Program-made: the position numbers and the translations under genes
In this document: in pieces, positions 48,073-56,308 of the stretch
Layout: every line of letters starts with the position of its first letter
Position numbering within the stretch: position 1 is the first letter of the stretch
Notes under the pieces: generated by a model
The model's input: only the letters and a program-made list of their open reading frames with translations
Databases searched by the model: none
What the model was told of the DNA's origin: nothing
DNA from: Candidatus Dormibacteria bacterium
GTDB taxonomy: Bacteria > Chloroflexota > Dormibacteria > Aeolococcales > Aeolococcaceae
Reading direction: 5' to 3'
DNA: 64,000 bases
Assembly: GCA_049521435.1 (NCBI GenBank)
Contig: JBEKOU010000003.1
Coordinates: 174,642-238,641 of the forward strand

Positions 48073-49551
48073 TCAGGTGAGTTGGGCGAGGGCTGGCGAT
48101 GCCTCGGCGGGAGGGTCCACGCGTTCCATGGCCAGCTTGTCCATCTCCAGCTGCTGGGGGACGCGAACCGGGTAATCGCCCGTGAAACAGGCGAAGCAGA
48201 ATCCACGGCCCTCGGGATCGCCCATGGACCGGCGCAGCCCCGCGATGCTCAGGTAGCGGAGGCTGTCCGCCCCGACCAGCCGGCCCACCTCCTCCTCGCT
48301 GTTACTGGCGGCGATCAGCTCGTTGCGCGAGGCGATGTCGATGCCCATGAAGCAGGGCCACATGATGGGAGGGGATGCGATCCGCATGTGCACCTCGGCC
48401 GCACCGGCCCGGCGGAGCTCGTCGACGATTCGCTTGCTGGTCGTGCCCCGCACGATCGAGTCGTCAACGAGGGCCACCCGCTGCCCCTCGAGGACGTGGC
48501 GCATCGGGTTGAACTTGAGCCGGATGCCCGATTCCCGGAGCCGCTGCGAGGGCTGGATGAAGGTCCGGGTGATGTACCGAGACTTGATCATCCCCTCTTC
48601 GAAGTGGACACCCGTCTCCTCGGCAAAGCCGATGGCGGCGGGAGTCCCGGAGTCGGGAAGGGTGATGACCACGTCGGCGTCGACCGGTGCCTCGCGCGCG
48701 AGCTCGCGACCCATCTGGCGACGCGCCTCGTACAGCGACCTCCCCTGCATCACGGAGTCAGGCCGGGCGAAGTAGATGAACTCGAAGGAGCACATGGCCC
48801 GCTTGGGCGCGTCGGCCGGGATCCTGCTGCTGCGCATGCCGGAGGCGTCGATGGTCACGATCTCACCGGGATCGATCTCGCAGATGAAGTTCGCCCCGAC
48901 CACGTCGAGGGCGCAGGTCTCGCTGGCGACGATGTAGCCGGAGCCGCCCGGCGCCTCGGGATTGCCATAGCGGCCCAGGCAGAGGGGCCGGATTCCCAGC
49001 GGATCCCGGGCAGCGACCAGGGAGTCGCGGGTGAGAAAGAGCAGGCAGTAGGCGCCGTGCACCCGGGGCAGGGAGCGCCGCAGAGCGGCGTCGAGGGTGC
49101 GTCCGGAGGTGCGGACCAGGAGGCGACCCAGGACCTCGGTATCGCTGGTGGAGAGGAACTCGACACCCTCCGCGGCGAGCTCGGAGCGGATCTCTCCGGC
49201 GTTGATGAGGTTGCCGTTGTGGGCCAGGACGACGGGGCCGATCTGGCTGTGCTCGAAGCGCATCGGCTGGGCGTTGGGAAGGCGAGGGCTGCCGGTGGTG
49301 CTGTAGCGGGTGTGCCCGATCGCGATGTCACCGACCAGCGCGGCCATGGCCTCGGTGTCGAAGACCTGAGCGACCAGGCCCATCTCCTTGTGCATGAGGA
49401 TGTCGAGGCGGTTGCTCACCGCGATGCCGGCCGACTCCTGACCGCGATGCTGCAGTGCATAGAGGCCGAAGTAGGTGAGGTTGGCGACGTCCTCCCCGGG
49501 TGCGAAGACCCCGAACAAACCGCACTCCTCGTGCATCCGCTCGTCGTCCAT
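48073..49551 (-). CDS. purF: amidophosphoribosyltransferase (propeptide-containing type)
   Basis: '(M..)EECGLFGVFAPGED...YALQHRGQESAGIA', with a C-terminal 4Fe-4S Cys cluster. The nucleophilic Cys follows a short propeptide. The start could be 49599, 49551 or 49536. Confidence 0.85.
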   Translation of the reverse strand: MDDERMHEECGLFGVFAPGEDVANLTYFGLYALQHRGQESAGIAVSNRLDILMHKEMGLVAQVFDTEAMAALVGDIAIGHTRYSTTGSPRLPNAQPMRFEHSQIGPVVLAHNGNLINAGEIRSELAAEGVEFLSTSDTEVLGRLLVRTSGRTLDAALRRSLPRVHGAYCLLFLTRDSLVAARDPLGIRPLCLGRYGNPEAPGGSGYIVASETCALDVVGANFICEIDPGEIVTIDASGMRSSRIPADAPKRAMCSFEFIYFARPDSVMQGRSLYEARRQMGRELAREAPVDADVVITLPDSGTPAAIGFAEETGVHFEEGMIKSRYITRTFIQPSQRLRESGIRLKFNPMRHVLEGQRVALVDDSIVRGTTSKRIVDELRRAGAAEVHMRIASPPIMWPCFMGIDIASRNELIAASNSEEEVGRLVGADSLRYLSIAGLRRSMGDPEGRGFCFACFTGDYPVRVPQQLEMDKLAMERVDPPAEASPALAQLT

Positions 49552-49631
49552 GAGTCGATCGCGAAACGCGACAGCGGGCGAGAGCCTCCGCTCAGGCACG
49601 CGGCAGGCCCGTCACCGTCACCACGCCGCAG

Positions 49632-49901
49632 TCATACAGGACTGCGTTGTCGCCAACGCCCATGGCTCTCCGCACGTCCGGCCTCCCATGACACCGAGTG
49701 GGGGACGGGGTCCAAGTCAGTATACGGGCGCCCGGGCTCGCCGCCTATCCCGGCACCGCAGCCGGTGCCGGTGACCCGGTCGTCGCAGATGACCCGCACC
49801 GGAACCCGGCGCGACTCGGTGTGCGTGCAGCGCCCGCTGGCGAAGGCCCGCCGGTAGGGCTTGCGGTGGGCGCTCAGCTCGACCGTGGCAATCCCGGTCA
49901 A
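49632..49901 (-). CDS. possible small Cys/His-containing ORF in the purL–purF gap (speculative)
   Basis: The only evidence is an 89-aa ORF filling the otherwise empty ~300-bp gap. It contains '[29 protein letters not shown]'. Confidence 0.2.
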   Translation of the reverse strand: MTGIATVELSAHRKPYRRAFASGRCTHTESRRVPVRVICDDRVTGTGCGAGIGGEPGRPYTDLDPVPHSVSWEAGRAESHGRWRQRSPV

Positions 49902-52114
49902 GGCGGTGGCACCAGCGCCTCAGCATGGGCCCGGGCCACCTGCACCAGCGCCAGGTCGAAGACGCCGGCGAGCACCACCCGGTCTCCACCGGTGGTGCCC
50001 AGAGCGCGCACGTCAACGTCATGGCGTTGGGCGACGGCGCGCACCGCGGCCACGTCCGTGGCTGCCGCGCTGGCGAGGAAGCGTGACTGGGATTCGCCGA
50101 AGAGGAGGCCCGCCTGCACCACGGGTGCGCCGAGCGCAAAGAGGCGCTCGGTGAGTTGCGCGCCGCGACCACCGAGGATGCAGCTCTCGGCAAGCGCCAC
50201 CGCCAGACCGCCCTCGGCGAGGTCGTGGCAGGAGCTGAGCAGCCCGGCCGCGATCATCTCCAGGACAGCGGCCTGGACCCTCCGCTCGAGGTCGAGGTCG
50301 AGGGTCGGTCGAGGGCCGGCGTTGATCCCATGCGCCAGGCGCTGGTACTCACTCCCGCCCAGATCCATCCCCACCGGCCCGACCAGCAGCACCGCGTCGC
50401 CGTCCCGCCCGAACCCTGCCGTGCAGCGTCGCTCGAGATCCTCGAGGTGACCCACCATTCCGATCACGGTGGTCGGGTCGATGCTCACGCCCTCGGTGTC
50501 GTTGTACAGGGAGACGTTGCCGCTCACCACCGGGACGCCGAGGGCCAGACAGGCCTCGCGCATCCCCTCGACCGCCTCGGACAGCTGCCAGAAGACCTCT
50601 CCCTTCTCGGGATTGCCGAAGTTGAGGCAGTTGGTCACCCCCACGGGCGTGGCTCCGACGGCGACCACATTGCGGGCGGCTTCGCAGACGGCGATGGCGG
50701 CACCCCGCCGCGGGTCGAGTGCCGCGTAGCGAGCGTTGCCGTCGGTGGTGAGGGCGATCGCCCCAGCGGTGCCTCGCACGCGCAGGAGAGCGGCGTCCCC
50801 GCCGGGGAGGACCACGGTGTCGTCCCCGACCTGGTGGTCGTAGCGCCGGAAGATGGATCGGCGGCTGCCGATGTTCGGACTGCCGATGAGACGCAGCAGG
50901 GTCTCGCCCATCGACCAGGGCGGCGTCATCGTGAGCGGATCGGCCGAGAGTGCCTGGTCCAGTCCGGAGGGGCGCAGTGCCTCCGGGTGGCGAAGCGGCA
51001 CATGGTCGATCAGGAGGTCGAGCGGGAGGTCGCAGACCACCTCACCGGCATCGGCCACCACCAGTCGCGCCGTGCCCGTGACCGTCCCGATCACATCCGA
51101 ATGGAGGTCCCAGCGGTCGAACTCGGCCTGCACCGAGGCTGCATCCTGCGGGCTCACCACCAGCAGCATCCGTTCCTGAGACTCGCTGAGCATCACCTCG
51201 TAGGGCGTCATCCCGCGCTCCCGCCGCGAGATCCGGGAGACGTCCATCTCGATGCCGCAGCCACCGCGGTGGGCGAGCTCGGCGGACGAGCTGGTGAGCC
51301 CGGCCGCCCCCAGGTCCTGCATGGCGATGATCCGCGGGTCGCCGGCCAGGGTGACGCAGACCTCCATCAGGCACTTCTCGAGGAACGGATTGCCAACCTG
51401 GACGGCGGGGCGCCTCTCGCTGGAGGCCTCGTTGAGCTCGACCGATGCGAAGGTGGCGCCGTGGATGCCGTCACGCCCGGTGTCGGCACCGACCAGCAGG
51501 ACCAGGTTGCCCGGACCGGCGGCGACCGCCCGGGTCAGCTTGGACTGCTCGATGACGCCGACGCACATGGCGTTGACCAGGCAGTTGTGCCGGTAGGACT
51601 CGTCAAAGTAGATCTCGCCGCCGACGGTGGGGACGCCGATGCAGTTGCCGTAGCCGCCGATGCCGGCCACGACCCCATCCAGGAGGTGCCGCTGCGCCGG
51701 CTCCTCGAAGGGTCCGAAACGCAGCGAGTCGAGCAGCGCCACAGGTCGGGCGCCCATGGTGAAGACGTCGCGGAGGATGCCTCCGACCCCGGTGGCGGCG
51801 CCCTGGTAGGGCTCGATGGCGGACGGATGGTTGTGAGACTCGATCTTGAAGACGCAGGCGAGCCCGCCTCCGATGTCGACCGCACCAGCGTTCTCCCCCG
51901 GCCCCTGGAGCACCCTCGGACCAGTCACCGGGAGACGGGCCAGGAGGGGCTTGCTGGTCTTGTACCCGCAATGCTCGCTCCACATCGCACCGATCACGCC
52001 CAGCTCCACCTCGGTCGGGATCCGGCCCAGGCGGCGGGTGGCGAGCTCGTACTCCCCGCGCGTGAGCGCCACCTCCGCGAGTTTGGCGTCGGAGACGGAG
52101 CCCGGCGCGGTCAC
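49898..52114 (-). CDS. purL: phosphoribosylformylglycinamidine synthase subunit II
   Basis: '[16 protein letters not shown]...[26 protein letters not shown]'. Confidence 0.9.
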   Translation of the reverse strand: MTAPGSVSDAKLAEVALTRGEYELATRRLGRIPTEVELGVIGAMWSEHCGYKTSKPLLARLPVTGPRVLQGPGENAGAVDIGGGLACVFKIESHNHPSAIEPYQGAATGVGGILRDVFTMGARPVALLDSLRFGPFEEPAQRHLLDGVVAGIGGYGNCIGVPTVGGEIYFDESYRHNCLVNAMCVGVIEQSKLTRAVAAGPGNLVLLVGADTGRDGIHGATFASVELNEASSERRPAVQVGNPFLEKCLMEVCVTLAGDPRIIAMQDLGAAGLTSSSAELAHRGGCGIEMDVSRISRRERGMTPYEVMLSESQERMLLVVSPQDAASVQAEFDRWDLHSDVIGTVTGTARLVVADAGEVVCDLPLDLLIDHVPLRHPEALRPSGLDQALSADPLTMTPPWSMGETLLRLIGSPNIGSRRSIFRRYDHQVGDDTVVLPGGDAALLRVRGTAGAIALTTDGNARYAALDPRRGAAIAVCEAARNVVAVGATPVGVTNCLNFGNPEKGEVFWQLSEAVEGMREACLALGVPVVSGNVSLYNDTEGVSIDPTTVIGMVGHLEDLERRCTAGFGRDGDAVLLVGPVGMDLGGSEYQRLAHGINAGPRPTLDLDLERRVQAAVLEMIAAGLLSSCHDLAEGGLAVALAESCILGGRGAQLTERLFALGAPVVQAGLLFGESQSRFLASAAATDVAAVRAVAQRHDVDVRALGTTGGDRVVLAGVFDLALVQVARAHAEALVPPP

Positions 52115-52824
52115 CGGTCCACCGCGAAGGCGGCGCGCTCGGCCACGGCGTCCACCACGCTGGCGAAGATTCGCATCCCGTCGTCGCTGCCGAGGATCGG
52201 CTCGGCGGCGCGCTCGGGGTGAGGCATCATCCCCAGCACGTTGCGCCCCTCGCTCACGATGCCGGCGATGTCGCGCATGGATCCGTTGGGAGAAGCGTCG
52301 CCGACCGGCGAGCCGTCGGACGCGACGTAGCGGAAGGCGACCCGGTGCTCGACCTCCAGACGGTCCAGGGTGGACGGGTCGGCGACGAAGCGGCCCTCAC
52401 CGTGGCTGACCGGGACGGCCAGAATACCGCCGGCTTCGCACCGGCCGGTGAAGGGCGTCTCGACCGTCTCGACCCGCAGCCAGCTCGTCTCGCAACGGAA
52501 CTCGAGCGAGGCGTTGCGGGTCAGCGCGCCCGGGAGCAGGTGAGCCTCGCAGAGGATCTGGAAGCCGTTGCAGATCCCCAGCACGAGCCCACCCGCAGCG
52601 GCGAACGCCTGCACCGATTCCATCAGGGGGGCGAAGCGGGCGACAGCGCCGGTCCGGAGGTGGTCACCGTAGGCGAACCCGCCGGGCAGGATCACGCAGT
52701 CTGAGCCCTGCAGGTCGCGATCCCGATGCCAGAGACGGACCGATTGGTGCCCGAGCACCTCGACGGCTCGGGCGCAGTCGCCGTCGCTCCAGGTTCCGGG
52801 GAAGACCGCGATCCCGAACCTCAT
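52111..52824 (-). CDS. purQ: phosphoribosylformylglycinamidine synthase subunit I (glutaminase)
   Basis: ATG at 52824 gives '[18 protein letters not shown]...[12 protein letters not shown]...HGEGRF'. It overlaps the purL start. Confidence 0.9.
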   Translation of the reverse strand: MRFGIAVFPGTWSDGDCARAVEVLGHQSVRLWHRDRDLQGSDCVILPGGFAYGDHLRTGAVARFAPLMESVQAFAAAGGLVLGICNGFQILCEAHLLPGALTRNASLEFRCETSWLRVETVETPFTGRCEAGGILAVPVSHGEGRFVADPSTLDRLEVEHRVAFRYVASDGSPVGDASPNGSMRDIAGIVSEGRNVLGMMPHPERAAEPILGSDDGMRIFASVVDAVAERAAFAVDR

Positions 52825-52975
52825 GCCCCACGCCGCGGGCGGCGCGGGGACCCCGTGCCTCTCAGGGGGCGTACCGCCCCCTCGCCACCGTGGCAGAGCC
52901 ACGCGCGGCGCACCCCTGGCTCGGCGCCACTCGGCGCCGGATGCGCGCTTCGCGCGCTCGCTCGCGCTGCCCAGG

Positions 52976-53236
52976 TCATCGAGGCCCGTCCTCCCGGATC
53001 TCGATGCGGTAGTCCTCGATCACCGGGTTGCGCAGAAGCTTTTCGCACATCTCGGCCACCCGTTGCCGGACGCTCTCCTCGGAGTCGCCGTCCACCTCCA
53101 TGCTGATGTGCTTCCCCACCCGCACCTCCGAGACCTCCGCAAAACCGAGCTGGTGCAGCCCGGCACGCACGGTCAGCCCCTGGGGGTCGTTGACCACGGG
53201 CTTGAGCGAGACCACCACCTCGGCGGTGTACCTCAT
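52976..53236 (-). CDS. purS: phosphoribosylformylglycinamidine synthase subunit PurS
   Basis: An 86-aa protein, 'VVVSLKPVVNDPQGLTVRAGLHQLGF...'. It overlaps the purC stop. Confidence 0.85.
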   Translation of the reverse strand: MRYTAEVVVSLKPVVNDPQGLTVRAGLHQLGFAEVSEVRVGKHISMEVDGDSEESVRQRVAEMCEKLLRNPVIEDYRIEIREDGPR

Positions 53237-54114
53237 AGCTCCAGCCCACAGATCCGCCGGGCCGCCTCGCGGTAGCGCGCGGTGGTGGCGGCGATCACCT
53301 CGGGCGGAAGCGACGGGCCGGGGGGCCGCTTGTCCCAGTCGAGTGTCTCCAGGTAGTCGCGGACCGGCTGCTTGTCGAAGGAGACGGCGGCCTGACCCTC
53401 ACGCCACTCGGATGCCTCCCAGAAGCGCGATGAGTCGGGAGTGAAGATCTCGTCGATCAGGCAGAGCCGGCCGTCGATCGTCCCGAACTCGAACTTGGTG
53501 TCGGCCAGGATGATGCCCCGGCTGGCGCAGTGCTGGGCGGCGAACCGGAAGAGATCGAGCGAGGTCCGCTCCAGCAGGCCGGCCCGGTCGGTACCGATGG
53601 TCTCGGCCAGCTCGGCCCGGCTGATGTTCTCATCGTGCCCGCTGTCATTCTTGGTGGACGGCGTGAAGCGCAGCTCGGGAAGTGGTGAGGACTCGCGCAA
53701 CCCTTGGGGCAATGGCTCGCCGGCCAGCGTCCCCCGATCGCGGTACTCCTTCCAGCCGGAGCCGGAGAGGTGGCCCCTGACCACGCACTCGATGTCGATC
53801 CTCTCCGCCCGGGCACAGTGCATCGAGCGCTCCCGCCACTCCGACCAGATCAGCGGCGGCACCATCTCCTCCCGGTCCGGGAGCAGGTGGTTGGCCACGA
53901 TCTGCGAGGTCCTCTCGAACCACCAGCGCGATATCTGGGTGAGCGTCCTCCCCTTCTCGGGGATGGGGTCGGGCAGCACGACGTCGAAGGCGGAGAGGCG
54001 GTCGGTCGCCACCATCAGGAGGCTTCCGTCGTCGAGAACAAAGGTGTCGCGCACCTTGCCACGCCGGAACACCTCCAGACCCACGTCCTGAGCCGCCATC
54101 AGCACCGGGGTCAT
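53233..54114 (-). CDS. purC: SAICAR synthetase
   Basis: 'GKVRDTFVLDDGSLLMVATDRLSAFDVVL...ILADTKFEFG'. Confidence 0.9.
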   Translation of the reverse strand: MTPVLMAAQDVGLEVFRRGKVRDTFVLDDGSLLMVATDRLSAFDVVLPDPIPEKGRTLTQISRWWFERTSQIVANHLLPDREEMVPPLIWSEWRERSMHCARAERIDIECVVRGHLSGSGWKEYRDRGTLAGEPLPQGLRESSPLPELRFTPSTKNDSGHDENISRAELAETIGTDRAGLLERTSLDLFRFAAQHCASRGIILADTKFEFGTIDGRLCLIDEIFTPDSSRFWEASEWREGQAAVSFDKQPVRDYLETLDWDKRPPGPSLPPEVIAATTARYREAARRICGLEL

Positions 54115-55478
54115 GTGAGCCCTCCTCCAATCCCCGCCTCGACGGCGAGCTGCGGACGCTCCTCGGCTGTGCCCGTCTCCGCATCGCGGATCTCGAGCCC
54201 GAGGCGCCGGTAGGTGCCATCGATGCCGGCGAGGTAGGCGGCGAGGTCGAAGCAGGCATCCAGCCGCTCCGGTGAGAGGATCTCGCCGAGCTGATCGCGC
54301 ACCAGCGCTTCGAAGCCGGCCTCGCCCCGGCGAGCCCTCTCGGCCAGGGCCTGGACCTCGCGGTAGGCCCGTTCCCGGGACCAGCCGGCAACGATCAGAG
54401 CGTCGAGCACGCGCGGGGAGCAGGTGATCCGGCCGAGGGTCTCGACGTCTGCCAGCATCTTGTCAGGATTGACACGAACTTGGGTGACCAGGCGGGTGCA
54501 GAGCTTGACCATGTAGTCGAGCAGGGCGCACGAGTCGGGCAGCACGATCCGCTCGGCGGAGGAATGGGAGATGTCGCGCTCGTGCCAGAGCGCGACGTCC
54601 TCCATGGCGGTGACGGCGTACCCGCGCAGCACCCTCGCCATCCCGCACACCCGCTCGGAGAGCACCGGGTTGTGCTTGTGAGGCATCGCCGACGACCCCT
54701 TCTGGCGCTCCGCGAAGGGCTCTTCCAGCTCCGAGACCTCGGTCTGCTGGAGCAGCCGGACGGTGGTGGCGAGCCGCTCGAGGCTGGCGCCCAGGATGGC
54801 CACCGCGGCGACGAAGGCGGCGTGGCGGTCGCGCGCCAGCACCTGGGTGGCGACGTCGGCGACGGCCAGCCCGAGTCCTCGGCAGACGAACTCCTCGACC
54901 TCTGACGGCACGGAGGTGTGGGTGCCCACCGGTCCGCTGACCTGGCCGACCGAAACCTCTGCCGCGGCGGCGGCCACCCGGGCTCGACCGCGCCTCACCT
55001 CATCGTAGTGATTGGCGAGCTTGACCCCGAGGCTGAGCGGCTCGGCGTGAACCCCGTGGGTCCGCCCCGGCATCAGGCTGAGTCGATGGCGCACCGCCTG
55101 GAGGGCGAGCGCCGCCTCCAGGGCAGCCGCGTCCTCGTTGATCTGGAGGGCCGCGTCCCGGAGCTGGGTGGCCAGGGCGGTGTCGACCACGTCCGAGGAG
55201 GTGAGCCCCAAGTGGAAGAAGCGCCCCTCGTCGCCGACGGTCTCCTGGACCGCCTGGACGAAGGCGGCGACGTCGTGACCTTGCTCGGCCTCCAGCTCGG
55301 CGACGCGGGCGGGATCGACACGGGCGCCCGCTCTGAGCCTCTCGGCCGCCTCAGAGGGGATCCGCCCGACGGCAGCCCAACCCTCGGCCGCCAGGAGCTC
55401 CACCTCCAGCCACCGCCGGAGCCGAGATTCGTCGCTGAAGACGGCGGCGATCGCGGCCGGGGTGTAACGGGGGATCAC
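54111..55478 (-). CDS. purB: adenylosuccinate lyase
   Basis: 'GRTHGVHAEPLSLG' and the fumarase/ASL signature 'GSSAMPHKHNPVLSER'. The start was chosen as the GTG at 55478 (VIPRYTPAAIAAVFSDE). The ORF extends to 55580. Confidence 0.85.
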   Translation of the reverse strand: MIPRYTPAAIAAVFSDESRLRRWLEVELLAAEGWAAVGRIPSEAAERLRAGARVDPARVAELEAEQGHDVAAFVQAVQETVGDEGRFFHLGLTSSDVVDTALATQLRDAALQINEDAAALEAALALQAVRHRLSLMPGRTHGVHAEPLSLGVKLANHYDEVRRGRARVAAAAAEVSVGQVSGPVGTHTSVPSEVEEFVCRGLGLAVADVATQVLARDRHAAFVAAVAILGASLERLATTVRLLQQTEVSELEEPFAERQKGSSAMPHKHNPVLSERVCGMARVLRGYAVTAMEDVALWHERDISHSSAERIVLPDSCALLDYMVKLCTRLVTQVRVNPDKMLADVETLGRITCSPRVLDALIVAGWSRERAYREVQALAERARRGEAGFEALVRDQLGEILSPERLDACFDLAAYLAGIDGTYRRLGLEIRDAETGTAEERPQLAVEAGIGGGLT

Positions 55479-55744
55479 GTGGGCCAATTCTATTCGGTGG
55501 CGGACTCCGAACCGGGTCCCGAAAGGAGAGTTCAGATTGAATGGGCGCCGCAACTGCTGTGAGCCACCCCGCCCGGTCACCCTATACTGGCGGGCGCCTA
55601 TCCGGCCTGATCAGCCAGCACGCTCGGGGTGGTCGCCGACCGCGCGCGTCGGCAGGCCGCCCCCGCTGACATGAGCCACCCCGTAACCTCCCCGTCCTCC
55701 GATCCGTTCACCAGGCACACACGCCTGGGGATGTGAGACGTGCG

Positions 55745-56308
55745 ATGACCCTACCCCGGGCCTATGAGGATCAGCTGGTCGAGCGTGCCAAGACGGACGC
55801 CGACGCTTTCGGGGAGTTGTACGACCACTACTTCGGTCAGATCTACCGCTTCGCGTACAGCCGGACGCGAGATCAGGACGCCGCTGAGGAGGTCACCCAG
55901 GAGGTCTTCATGAAGGCACTCCGGGCCATGCCGCGCTACCGGGCCTCCGGGCACCCGTTCAGCTCGTGGCTGTACCAGATCAGCGCCAACGCCATCGCCG
56001 ACCACTTCCGCCAGCGGCGGCCCCAGGCGAGCCTCGACGCGGCTGTCGAGATCGTCGACCCGACCCGCCCGGTGGCGGAGAGGGTGGTCGAGTCCGCTGA
56101 GGCTGCTCGCATCTGGGCGGCGATCGACGGTCTCCCGGAGCAGCAGCGCACCGCCATGACCTTGAAGTTGGGAGAGGACCTCAAGCTGGCCCAGATCGGC
56201 GAGATCATGGGCAAGAGCGAGGGCGCCGTGAAACTGCTGGTTCACCGCGGCATGATCGGCGTGCGACAGCGGCTGGGCGTTTCCGCGGTCGCCGGAGAGA
56301 AGCTGTGA
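55745..56308 (+). CDS. ECF-subfamily RNA polymerase sigma factor
   Basis: Region 2 'FGELYDHYFGQIYRFAYSRTRDQDAAEEVTQEVFMKA'. Region 4 'LPEQQRTAMTLKLGEDLKLAQIGEIMGKSEGAVKLLVHRG'. Alternative GTG start at 55733. Confidence 0.8.
   Translation: MTLPRAYEDQLVERAKTDADAFGELYDHYFGQIYRFAYSRTRDQDAAEEVTQEVFMKALRAMPRYRASGHPFSSWLYQISANAIADHFRQRRPQASLDAAVEIVDPTRPVAERVVESAEAARIWAAIDGLPEQQRTAMTLKLGEDLKLAQIGEIMGKSEGAVKLLVHRGMIGVRQRLGVSAVAGEKL

Noticed and set aside
55479-55732. Searched for a purine riboswitch or PurBox upstream of purB.
   Set aside because: No recognisable riboswitch consensus was seen by eye. This cannot be excluded without a covariance-model scan.
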